A stretch of 64,000 bases of DNA. It comes from Azolla caroliniana. Taxonomy: Eukaryota > Plantae > Polypodiophyta. The DNA lies in contig JBHGNT010000005.1 in NCBI GenBank assembly GCA_043228905.1, positions 17,422,001 to 17,486,000 on the forward strand, given 5' to 3'. A program made the position numbers and the translations under genes. The notes beneath the pieces were generated by a model, which saw only the letters and a program-made list of their open reading frames with translations, was not told the origin of the DNA and did no database searches. The number at the start of each line of letters is the position of its first letter. The stretch's first letter is position 1. Shown in pieces: positions 12,492 to 25,001 of this stretch.

Positions 12492-14559
12492 TATAAATGA
12501 ATACGGTCAAACAGCTGAATCCATTGCCACTTTCTCCACTCATTATTGGTTTGTGTTAAGAAAGTGAAGAAGCAGAGCGAATGAGATGGTTTCTGTGACG
12601 ATATCAGTTTTTGAGGAAGACAAAGCACGTCTTTTGCAAGGCTATATCCATCAAGCACAAAATCATTGTAGAGTATGGAAACCTAAAACAATACATTAAT
12701 ATCTAACATGCTATCAAACCCTGATTAACCTGGGTAATCGACTTACGAATGCATCGTGTAATCTGTGCTTTTATTAGTCCAAATTGGAGCAATACTAAGG
12801 TGATAGCAAATTCAGTTCTGTATCATTCTTGGAATTTAGATTATATAGTTGAAGATTAGGATCTGAAAATAGTACACGGATAGTTCTTTATGGGTACAAA
12901 TTCAATTATTAGCAAATGTGAATAGTTAAGTGATCTTTAAATGCAGATTAGCTTCACAAAGTCCACATTTATGATAAAGTTGAAGTGATTAATGTTTGAT
13001 AATATGATTAATAGTAGACATGTTCTAGTATTTCATTAGTTGACTACACATGGCATATGCATTATTTAGAAGAACTAAAATGTTGGTGTTCTATGTTGTA
13101 CATATAGAGAGAGGTGATGGTGCATGTAGAGGGAGTAAAAATGTCCTATGGAATTAGAAAAATTATTGCTTACTTATCCCCTTTCTAATCAGGGTAGATT
13201 TGTGTGTTAGGCTTAACTGCAATTAATTTGGATAGGTCATTGTGATTACTGATCTTCAACAAGGATTTCATTGGTGTGTTATGCAGAAGTGCAAGGGGAT
13301 GGGGCTTCTAACCACATGTTTACTTGCTGGTATATGCTGCAAATAGATCTTTGATAGTAGTGCATCCTTTGTTTTTGTGTTCTTAATTATGACGTTAGCA
13401 TACATTAGAAAAGAAGAGGACAAATTATTTGACTTAAAAAAAAGGGATGTTGTCCAAAGGGATAACAAGAAGCATATGCGGTATGCCTAGTGAATGTTGA
13501 ACTCTTGGATATCATTGGCTTGCCTTGATAATCCACTCACTTACCATTTGCATTGATTGCTTGCACTTTCTTGGGTTCTTTTTTAGTTGCAAGCTTGGTG
13601 CCTTGAGGAATCATCCTAAGATGAAGATCAAGCATTTCTTTCTTTTGAAGTCTTGAACATAGTCTCAATAGGATATCAAACAAAAATGTCCATTAAGTTT
13701 ACATGTCAATGAATGGAGGAAATATGATACATTTCTAGTGTATATTGGGTTTGAAATAGAGAATATGGTCCCAATCATTATAAACAAAGGGGCCATTCAC
13801 TTGAACTAATAAGTTTCATCCACACATTGTCCTCGTGCCCTTTCATATGTCTTAAGCCTTCTTCACGAATCACACCTAATGATTACCTTCATCTTCATTA
13901 ATGTCCTCATTCACAAACCTTATCCTTTACCAATCTCAACTTAGGCAATTATTCTTATCCTAAAAAATATTATAACATAATACAATGAGGTACTTACTCA
14001 TTGCATAACATATGGAGAATGAAGAGGTGACCCAACCTTTTAAAATCTTTTAGTCGAGAGCCTTAATTTTGCAAGATTAAAGGCATAGAAACACTTTATT
14101 AGCAAGAAAAATATAGTTTCGAGTATTTTTTCATTTATGTATAGCAATAGCATTATTGTTCAAATGATGTTTTATATAATCATTGAGGATCAACTTTCAA
14201 ATATACTCATTATCACCATGATTCCAACTTTCATGTATTTGGTTTTTAATGGTGTATATGTAAAGGTGTTAAATATTCTCATGTTTATTACATTTTTGCT
14301 CAAGAACATTCTAGGTTACAAAGCTTTACTATATATGACTACATACAAAAGGAGAAAGGAAAAATAACAATTTGTTACATCTGTATACATTAGTTATTAT
14401 GGATAATATGTAATAATTTTGTACTCTTCATGATTGTCTATTAATATAATATAGATGTTGATTCCTCCTCTTTTATCTTCTTTTCCTTGCACATAGACTT
14501 GTTAAGTGTGAGACGTGAAGCCTACGACACAAGTTCTTAACACCCCCCAACCTAATAAG

Positions 14560-16024
14560 TGCATATTCCATGGTGCATTGTGTTAGACTCTCCTCATTGA
14601 GCCATAGTCCAAAAAGTTCAAGGAAGGGGGAGACAAAGAATGAGAGTTGGGCGAGAGGTGGATATCGTTACACATGGGAATATGTGGGAGGGGGATTAGG
14701 GTTGAAATGAAGAGGAATTATTTGGGGCAAGGATTAGAGGTGACATTGGAAACGATGGAGATGGGGTTGATACAAGTATAATGGTGTAGGATGGGTTGTT
14801 GATAGGTCAACACAAGGGTAGTGGGGCTTGTTGAAGTCATTAAATATTGCGGGGAGGCAATTGGATATCTTGCACGAGTGTGGTTTCCTACCAAAACTTT
14901 GTTATGTTGTTATAAACCCTATAGTGAGTGGCATGACAAGCGAACATGGAGAGCATGTTACATTCTTACATGAAGTAGGGTAGGTAGAACCATGTAGTGA
15001 CCATGGGTTCAAAGTATCATTGGTAAGACAAGGATAGAATAATTGCCCCGTCTAGTGGAACCTTTCGTAAGGTAAAAAGCAAGGCCCCAACTAAATTGGT
15101 CATATTGGTGAAAATATGAAGGCTCAATCATGAGATATAGAAGCCAAAGGAGAATATGTTGGGGCGAAGAATATCTCTTGCATTAACATTATTGGATGCG
15201 CGGTTTGGTTGGAGAAGACCCGTCTACACCATTGTTTCCATAGAAACCAGAGAGTTATTGGGCTAACCAATTCCAACACAACTTGAGATTTGGCATTAAT
15301 AGGACTTGAGTGGATATTGCCAATGGTGGAAAAAAACCTCATGTGTTTTTATCATCAAAGTCATCCCTTCCTCTTGATGCTCGTACATGTCAAGTGGGGC
15401 TTGCCATGATGACAACATACATTTCCCCACTTGATTGTGCCTTGCACCTAGCATAATTGCAATAGGCATCCAACCCCCTGCCATATTCGATGGGTCTCTG
15501 GGCAGTCCCACAAAGCGTGTCGGATTGATTCTATTGCATTTCGGCACGCTACACAATTAGGAGAGCTAAGACGTGCCAACCGGTAGTGACTTATGTATTA
15601 ATTGTCATTGGAACGTGGTAATTCGCCTTGTGTGTTGTTGTTTCCAGATTTACCGCAAAAACTTGGTGATAATTGTGTGAGGAACATGATATGTGTGCCA
15701 GACCTTTGCAACAACCGGCTCTCGGGTGGTTTGAGCGGTTAGAATGTGGCGACCCAATCTAGTCGTGAATTCGAAGAAAGGGATGGCTTTGCTTCCTGGA
15801 CCCGCATAAGGATCATGCCATGCCCATTGCAAAGGGTTCCAACTTATATGTAACCATGTGTTTTCATGAGTACATATGTGCCATTCTAGTTTGTACTTTG
15901 ATCAGATTGGGATCTACAATCCATTTATGTCCAGTATATGCAAGTACTCAAATTACCATATTCAATGTTAGTATCTCATTGTCTCGCAATTTAGAGCCTT
16001 CGATCCTGTCCGGTGTTTCCCTAC
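14560..16024 (-). mobile_element. L1-type LINE ORF2 3' remnant, continuing at 21559-21750 across the Copia insertion
   Basis: zf-RVT-like KVWHTYHVPHTIITKFLR...HKSLPV...C-x-x-x-x-C and ITLWFLWKQWCRRVF. The sequence resumes beyond the CCTAC TSD. Confidence 0.65.
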
Positions 16025-19000
16025 TGTAAAGAATCGGGTATGATTCTTGTGTAGCGGAATAGATGCGTGTTATGTGCGTATGTGTGTGTGTGTGAGAGAG
16101 AGAGAGAGACACACACACACACACACACATAGAGTATACGCAAGGTAGATTGTATTAACAAAGGAGAAAGACTCAACTTCATACAAGGTGGGAGGAGGGT
16201 GCTTTATATAGTCACCCTCTCTCTTCATTAACTACAAGACTCATGGAGCATGGGGAATGTGAAAGCTCATAAGTTATGTGTCATAGAATATGATTCTATG
16301 ACTCATACTAAATGCTAGAATACAAAGAGGTGACATAATGGCGACTCTTGACCGTTGGAGTGTCTATTCACTCTCAAGGTGAGTTCACACACTAGACCAA
16401 GTTGAGCTTGATTCTCAACACGCCCCCTCAAGCTCAAGCCGGGTCGGTTTTAGACAGTATCCGAAATCCGCTTCGACTCGCGTTCCGAAGTCCGCGTCGA
16501 CTCGCATTTATGCGGAGTTGCGGAATACGTGCTCCAGCTTGCGTTGTGCGTAGTTGCGAAGTCTGTGCTTCGGCTTGCGTCTTTCTTCACGACTTTGTGC
16601 GGTAGATCGGCTCTTCGCGGCTTCGTTGCGTGGTTGCGTAATCCACGCGTTCTTGCGTAGTGTGCGCAGCTTGCGGAATCCACACGTTATTGCGTAATGT
16701 CTTCAGTACTCCCCCTCAAGCTTGGCAAGTCAGGGATCGTCAATCCAAGATCGGTCATGAATTGCCACAGCTTGTCGGCTCCTAAGGCTTTAGTGTCGGT
16801 CGTTTGAAGATTTGAGCTAATGTGTTGTAGGTCGACATCGCCAGCTAGAACGCGCTCTCGGATGAAGTGATAGTGCACTTCGATGTGCTTTGTCCACGCG
16901 TGGAACACCGGGTTCCGAGCTAGATAGATACTGCTCATGTTGTCGCAGTAAAGGGAAGTTGGATCCTTGATGGGTACGCCCAGATCCTTGAGTATCCTTT
17001 TGAGCCATACGGCTTCACATGCGGCCACTGTCGTGCCCTTGTATTCCGCCTCTGTGCTCGAAAGAGTGACAGTTGGTTGTTTTTTGCTGCTCCAGGATAT
17101 TGCTCCGCTGCCTAGAGAGAAAACAAATCCGGAGGTTGATCTTCTATTGTCTTTGTAGCCAGCCCAATCGGCATCTATGTACCCCTCGGGTCGTATTGGC
17201 ATCGCGGTCTTGTAGAGGATGCCACAATCCATTGTGCCACTCACGTATCGTAGAACTCGCTTAGCGCAATCCAAGTGAGTATCACATGGTGTTTGCATGA
17301 ATTGGCTAAGGAGACCGACCGGATAACTTAGATCGGGTCAAGTGATCATGAGGTAGATGAGACTCTTGATGAGTTGCCGATACTGAGTCGGCTCACACGC
17401 TTTGGTGCCGGAGTTCGCATCGAGTTTGACATTGCGATCGAGCTGGGTTGCCGCGGATTTGCACTCAGCCATGCTGAACTTGTATAACAAGTTGAGGATG
17501 TAGTGCCGTTGAGAGATCATGATTCTGGTCGGACTCCGAATTACCTCGATGCCGAGGAAGTAGTGGAGCTCCTTCATGTCCGTCATCTCGAACTTGTCGG
17601 AAAGGAGGGATTTGACTTTATTGATTTCGAAGAGATGCTCGCCTCCAATGACTAGGTCATCCACATATAAAATGATGACGATCGGACTTGCGGAATCGCT
17701 TCGTATGTAGAGGGAGTTGTCCGATTTTGACATACGGAAGCCGATTTGATGAAGATATTGCGTTATCTTCGAATGCCAAGCACGCGGTGCTTGCTTGAGG
17801 CCGTAGAGTGGCTTCTTGAGTCGGCATACAGCTTTCGGATGGGTACTCAAGTTGAAGTCGGGTGGTTGTATCATGTACACCTCCTCTTCTAATTCGCCTT
17901 GTAGAAAGGCGTTCTTGACGTTCATTTGATGGAGGTGCCACCCTTTCGCCGCGGCAAGTGCAATTACGGTCTGCACCGTCGTCATCTTTGCCACCGGGGC
18001 AAAGGTCTCCTCGTAGTCAACTCCATGAGTTTGGGCATAACCTTTCGCTACAAGTCGCGCTTTGTAGCGGTTGATGGACCCGTCGGCGTTGTACTTGACT
18101 TTGTAAATCCATCTGCATCCGATCGCCTTTTTGTGTGGTAAGGTGGGAACGAGATCCCATGTCTCGTTCTTGCGTAGTGCCTGCATCTCCTCGTTCATGG
18201 CTTCGATCCATCGTGGATCCTTGGCTGCTTCGGAGAATGTTTCCGGCTCTCGTACTGTTGCTACCTTCATAATAAAGGCATAGTGATATGCCATGTAGCC
18301 GTTGTAGCCGAATCTGCTGACCGGATTCTTTTCACGGGTGGATCGGCAAAGCTTTTCATTTGCAGAGATGAGAGCTTTCTTAGCTCCGATTGGTACCTCG
18401 AAACTGCCGAACTCACTGTCGAGTGAGTGAGTCGACTCATCGTCATCGATGTGATCGTCTGCGTATTCCGCCATTTTCGACTTGCCTTTGTCCATCTTCG
18501 GGCTAGGCCATGATGTGCTTTGATCGCTCAAAGGCTCTTGTGGTCCGCTCAGTCGGGTCGTGATCGGACTTTCTTCGAACATGCGCGTAAGGCGATCTTC
18601 ATCCTGTATCTCTTGTTCGGCGGATTCCGGGTCAAGCAGAGTCGGAGTCGGAGTTATCTCTGGTGCTTACCAAGATGCGAACTCGTCAAAGACGACGTCT
18701 CGACTTACTCGAGATTTTCGAGTTGAGGGGTTGTAGCACTTGTACCGCTTTTGCTCCAGTGAGTATCCTACGAGGATACATTTCTCCGACTTTGGGTCAA
18801 GCTTTTGACGCTTCTCGTCGGGGATGTGTACGTACGCTATCGCGCCGAATATCCGGGTGTGTGATAAGTCTGGCTTCTTTCCGAAGTATTTTTCGTGCGG
18901 AGTGACCTCGTGCACGCCGGATGTTGTGCACCGATTCATTAGGTAGACAGTTGTATTTGCAGCTTCGGCCCAATATGACTTGGGCATATGCTTCTCGTTC

Positions 19001-21200
19001 ATCATGGCCCCCGCTACTTCGAGGATGTGACGATTTTTGCGCTCGGCTACTCCGTTTTGTTGCGGAGTGTGTCGGCAAGTGAATTCTCGCCGAATTCCTT
19101 CCTTTTGGAGATACGTCGTGAAATCGCCCGAGAAGTACTCCTTGCCACCATCCGATCGAAGACAACGTACATGTCAGCCCGTGGCTTTCTCGACTTCATT
19201 CTTGAATGTTTGGAAGTGTCTGAACACTTCGCTCTTTTGCCACATCGGGTAGATCCAAGTGTGCCTGGAGAAGTCATCGATGAAGAGCACGTAATATCGG
19301 CATCCGCCGAATGTAGCCATCTGCGCTGGTCCCCATACGTCGGAATGGACTACGTCGAGTAGACCTTTGCTCATGTTCCGCTCTTTCGAGAATGGGTGTC
19401 GGTGTTGCTTGCCGAATTGGCATGCTTCGCATACACCTTCAATCTCCTTCTCTTTGAATGTCGGGAATCCGATGACGACTCCTTCTTATTTCATTGCTTT
19501 GAGTTTGTTGAGATTGATGTGGCCGATTCGCTTATGCCATAGCTCTATGTCAGAGTCAGCTTTCGTGCTTTTCGCGAACATGGCGGATTTCATCTCGTGT
19601 GAATCGAGAATGAACATCCAACCCTCTCTTCTTCCGCGTGCGATGACTCAGCCTTCTTTTTCGATGAAGCACCCTTCTTGGTCGAATTGTACTTGCATCC
19701 CTTGCTCAACCATTTGGCCGACCGAGACCAAATTCTTCGTGATGGTGGGAACATGCAAGACATTTTTAAAGTATGTTTGCTTACCTCTTTCGCCGAACGG
19801 AACATTGCCGATGTGCCGAATTGGGTGTGTAGTGTCATCTCCGGTTTCGACATAACCGGGTCGCTTCGGCTCTCGAAGTTTGAGAAACCATTCTTTATGG
19901 GATGTCATATGGTTTGAGGCTCCGGAGTCAACAAACCGTACATCCTCCAGATTGAGGGCACTAGTTGAGGTAGAGGCCGACATAGAGTTTGCTCTATGTT
20001 TCATCATGAACATACCGCCACGGTCAGAGTTGCGTACATACATTCCGCTACGATCTTCGTAGTCGGAGTTGTTCCCGTACATTCCGCTATACTCTTCGTA
20101 GTCAGAATTGTGCGCATAATTCGTGAGTTGTCGGCTTGTGGAAGCCGATTCACGCATCTTCTTTCGACACTCTTTTTCGTAGTGGCTGAGCTTTCCGCAA
20201 TATCCGCATTCGGTTGCGTTTTGACGGCTCAAGCCAGAGTGGAAGCTCCCCCTTCTTGCGAAGGTTCCTCGTTGGCTTCCGTTTTGCGGCCGAAATTGGA
20301 AGTTGTTATCGTAGGTCGGACCTCGTCCGCCTTGTCCTTGGCCAAATTGGCCTCTCGACCGTCCGTGTCCTCTTCCTCCGTTCGAGCGTGTGTCGAGCAT
20401 GTGGCCTTCCAACTCATTGCTCCTTGTACGCACGTGGTTTTCTTCGACCAATAGCATTGATTGGAGCTCGAAGAAGGAGGGAGATTTCTCTTGTGCTAGA
20501 ACGGCGGTTCGCATCACGCCCAACTGTGGTGCGAGGCCGCCGAGGCATATTTGAACCATCTCATCATCATCATCGATATTTACGCTTATTGAGCCGAGCG
20601 AATCGCAAAGCTCCTTGATCTTCGAGGTGTATGTCGTAATGGACATGTCCCTTTGTTGAATGTTGTTCAACTCTTGGTGGAGTTGAAGCCTTCTTGCGGT
20701 TGTGTTCGCCGCGAAAATCTTTCGTAGATTTTCTCATGCCTCCTTCGGCGTCTTGGCTTCGCGAATGTAGTCGAGCATGTGATCGTGAACACATATCGCC
20801 AAGCAATACATCATGTGTCTTGTGGCTTGCTCCCATGTCGCGTATCCGGGAGCTGCTTCGGCGGGTCGGTCTTCATGCACTCCTTTGATGTAGCTCCAAT
20901 AGCCTTGTCCGAAAACGTATTGGTGCATCTTGTACTCCCAAGATGCGAAGTTGTTTCGATCCAACTTCTCAGTAGGTAGAGCGCTCCCCATTTGAGTATT
21001 CATTATGTCGATTCTTCTTCTTCTTCTTCTATCTTCGAATGCGAGCTATGTAGCGAAGCTACGATAGCGATGAGCCGGTTCTTGGTCGTCGGCGTAGAGC
21101 ATAACACACGATCACGATGAGGCAAATGGGTTAGATCGAGCTACCAAATTTCTCTGATACCATGTAAAGAATCGGGTATGATTCTTGTGTAGCGGAATAG

Positions 21201-21233
<33 letters not shown>

Positions 21234-21553
21234 AAAGAGAGAGACACACACACAGAGAGAGAGAGAGTATACGCAAGGTAGATTGTATTAACAAAGGAGA
21301 AAGACTCAACTTCATACAAGGTGGGAGGAGGGTGCTTTATATAGTCACCCTCTCTCTTCATTAACCACAAGACTCATGGAGCATGCGGAATGTGAAAGCT
21401 CATAATTTATGTGTCATAGAATATGATTCTATGACTCATACTAAATGCTAGAATACAAAGAGGTGACATAATGGTGACTCTTGACCGTTGGAGTGTCTAT
21501 TCACTCTCAAGGTGAGTTCACACACTAGACCAAGTTGAGCTTGATTCTCAACA
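16025..21553 (-). mobile_element. Structurally complete Ty1/Copia LTR retrotransposon with a disrupted gag-pol
   Basis: LTRs 21163-21553 and 16025-16420 (TG...CA); 5-bp TSD CCTAC on both sides; PBS TGGTATCAGAG (21152-21162); PPT GAGGGGGCG. Domains: gag, protease FVDSGASNHM, integrase HSDVWGP...WAEA, RT YVDDL, RNase H DADWAG, all split by stops and frameshifts. Confidence 0.97.
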
Positions 21554-21997
21554 CCTACCTCTTGGGATCAAAGAGCCCTCCTTCCTGTAGCCTATCCATT
21601 TCTCCATTGTTGTTCTTCGATTAGCAGCTTCCCTAAGCAATAGTGTGTTTGCTTCATGAGAAAGCCATATTGCACAGGATTTGTGCCAATTGATCATGGC
21701 ATTTGATCTCTTGGAAAATATAGCAAATCCACTTTCTAGCTTCTTCAGATTTTTTCGGGTGGAGCGACAGAGTTTTTCGTTTGTTGTGGCGATGGCTTTC
21801 TTTACGCCAGGTGTCCTCATGATAGGTACATCGAAGCCACTGAACTCACTGTCGAGGGAGTGAGTCCATTTGTTGCCATCGAAGTGATCGTCTTCATATT
21901 CCGACATTTTTGCCTTGCCTTTGTCCATCTTCAGACTAGGCCGAGATGTGCTTTTGTCGCTCGGAGGTTCTTGTGGCCCACTAAGCCTTGTCGTAAT

Positions 21998-22358
21998 CAT
22001 AGTTCCTAATATTCGCGTATGTCCAATTTGGTGGACATACGCGAACGTTTGCATACGTTCACATATGATATGCGACATTCGTTTAGATTTATTTTTTCCT
22101 TTTTGTTTTTTCTAGTTTTTTTTTTCTGATATTTATAATTCATTGCGAACAAAAGTGACGTCTAACACACACACTCTCTCTCTCTCTCACACGAGAACTG
22201 ACAGATCTTCTCTCTCTACAGAATCCAATACACACACTTAGAGCTTCTCTCTCCCTCACATAGACAAAACCCTTAGCTCCTCTCTCTCTCTCTCTAGACA
22301 TACACAACCACTATCTCCTCACACATGCAAAACATGGCTTCTCTCTCTAGACCACACA

Positions 22359-22407
<49 letters not shown>

Positions 22408-22533
22408 TATGTAGTATGTACACCATATGTAGATATGATTATATCTACATACCGCGTACTATGGATTTCAATCATACTCGGAGCCTTTTCACGTATGAGT
22501 ATGGCACGAATGGGATGTATGGCTAGAACTGTG
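21998..22533. mobile_element. Non-autonomous hAT element (MITE), copy 1
   Basis: 8-bp TSD GTCGTAAT (21990-21997 and 22534-22541); ends CATAGTTC...GAACTGTG; internal (CT)n/(CA)n; homologous to 40785-41302. Confidence 0.9.
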
Positions 22534-23265
22534 GTCGTAATCAGGCTTTCTTCGAACATGTGTTCGAGTCGATCTCCATCTTCTATCTCTTGTTTGGTGC
22601 ATTCTAGGTCGACTAGAAATGATTCAAGAGGAGTGGGTTCGGGTTCATACCATGATGTTGATTCGTCGAAGACTACATCTCGACTCACACGAACCTTTCG
22701 AGTCGAGGGGTTATAGCACTTGTACCCCTTTTGCTCCAGTAAGTATCCTACGAGGATACATTTCTCCGACTTCAGGTCAAGCTTTTGTCGTTTCTCGTCA
22801 GGGATGTGCATGTATGCAATGGAGCCGAATATCCGAACATGTGATAGATCCGACTTCTTTCCGAAAAACTTCTCGTGTGGGGTAACCTCATGCACACTGG
22901 ATGTCGTGCACTGATTCATGAGGTAGACAACAATATTCGCTACTTCGGCTCAATATGACTTCGGCATGTGCTTTTTGTTCATCATGGCCCGTGCTACTTC
23001 GAAGATGTGTCGATTTTTGCATTCAACTACTCAGTTTTGTTGTGGCGTATGTCAACTCGAAAACTCTCGCCAAATTCCGTCTTTCCAAAGAAAAGGCGAA
23101 AATTCGTTGGAGAAGTACTCTTTTCCTCCATCGGACCGAAGACATCGTACATGTCGACCTGTTTCCTTTTCGACTCCACGCTTGAATTTTTGGAAGTGTC
23201 CGAACACTTAGCTCTTTTGCCTCATGGGGTGGTGTGCCTAGAGAAGTCGTCGATAAAGGTCACGT

Positions 23266-24315
23266 TGTCGTGAAGATTCCCGACCACAGTGAGAAAACCG
23301 GGTGGAATGGGCAAAGTGGGCAATGTGCACCGTGTGCACATGTACATTCAAAAATGTGTATAAAATAACAAGGGGATATTTATCCCACATTGTAACATCC
23401 TTCCCTCCTTGGACTATAAAAGGAGAGGAAGGGGCTCTAATGAAGGGTTGCCCATTTTGAGTTAGGAGGGTATACCGTTAGATCTAGGGTTTGGTAGTTT
23501 TCCCTTCTTCTTACTTTCTTTAGGGTTTCATTTAGTTCTTCTTCGTCGTCGTCATGTGGGTTGGGTTTCTCTTCTTAGTGGAGTCTTGGTAGTTCCTCTA
23601 TTAGGGTTTGTTGCTTCATCTCTGCTAGGGTTTTCTTAGTTCGTGTGCCTTGAGGCTCCGGTTCCCAGTTCCGTCTTCTGTGCAAGACCCCACTCGTAGG
23701 CGAGCCCATGTGCTCCCTGATTGAGAGCTGTTATGTTTTCGTCGGGAAGACCGTGTCCAATGCAAGGCCTCCACTCGCATAGGCGAGCCCGTGTGCTCCC
23801 CAACTGGATCTTGCTTGTGGATGACTCCCTTGCCTCTTTGGAATCAGACTGGCTCGTAACCGGCGTTGTAATTGTTGTTGTAATATATATACATACATAT
23901 AAGAAAGCTTCTATGTATCTATGTCGGCGTTGGTGTCTTTAGTGTCTTTATCCCACGGGTGCACGTGTTGTGATGTGTGTGCGTGTTGAATCGTTTTGTG
24001 TCGCGGCGTGTCTCCTCTTTCGGTCCGGAGGAGGCTCATCGATTTGTATATAAGAGGGTGTGAAAAGCCGTTGTGCGTGGGCGTGCTCTCCCTCTCTTCA
24101 ATCCGGTTGCTTCCGGAACGCATCCGGACCCATCCGGTCGCATATGGACCTGTCCGTTTCAGTTGCTTCCGGCTTGCATCCGGAACCGTCCTAGTTGGTG
24201 CCACAGTCGGTGTAACCGGCCCCAGAGAAATCGGCCTTTCTGCAACCATCTATGCCCGGTCCGTGACCCCAGTGGTCCCGCTCGATCCGACACACGTGCG
24301 CGGATTTCCGCGACA
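23266..24315 (+). mobile_element. Gypsy-type solo LTR
   Basis: TGTCGTG...CCGCGACA with TATA (CTATAAAAGG, ~23414). Flanks ACGT/ACAT form a 4-bp TSD with one CpG transition, and removing the insert restores the Copia integrase sequence. Confidence 0.85.
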
Positions 24316-24403
24316 ACATAGTATCGTCATCTGCCGAATGTAGCCGTCTAAGCCAGTTCCCATACATTGGAATGAATTAAATCCAATATGCCTTCACTCA
24401 CGT

Positions 24404-25001
24404 TGTCGCGAAGTTTCGCGCGCGTTTGTTTCTTGGGCGGGACCACAGGGGTCTTGGACTAGGGAGTACAAAGGGATAGAGAAGACCTGAGGTTTGCTTT
24501 ACGACAAGACTACTTCCCGGGCAAGGGCTCGTTGCCCCTTTTGTGGTGCCAGTGGCTTTCATTGATCACAACTCGTCGAGTTTTCGAGATCACCGCATGA
24601 GCCAAGTGATCAAATGGATATAGGCAATGATGAGCACGCAAAATGAATGCACAAGGGGACGAGAACACAAACACGAATGCTCGTATGTCTTTACGAGGAG
24701 GAGAGGTGCATGGGCATGCCCAAACGCTCCCTTGTCACAAGATGCCGAACGTACAAGGAAAGGGACGAGAATACAAACACGAAAGCTCGTACGTCTTTAT
24801 GAGGAGGAGCATATGCATGATGGGCATCTCCCATGTCCACCTTTCATATTGAAATGTACAATGTTCTTGCTATGTATGCATTCCATGCCAAAGAGGGCAT
24901 ACATAGCAATAAGACATTGTTTTCTCCTATTGATTATCCTATATCATAGATGACTCTGCCGAACAGTCGGCTCCTCCCACAGGAGGGACATATTCCTAAC
25001 A
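24404..25001 (-). mobile_element. LTR relic related to the 4829 family at one end and to 7477 at the other
   Basis: Left end TGTCGCGAAG...GGGACCACAGGGGTCTTGGAC resembles 4829; right end GGAGGGACATATTCCTAACA resembles 7458-7477. No matching TSD. Confidence 0.6.

Larger units (their letters stand above)
21750..24403 (-). mobile_element. Copia integrase/linker fragment hosting a hAT MITE and a Gypsy solo LTR
   Basis: Pieces at 21750-21997, 22534-23265 and 24316-24403 encode KCILVGY...GYKCYNP...SRDVVFDE and an integrase core homologous to 18400-19370. Confidence 0.85.
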
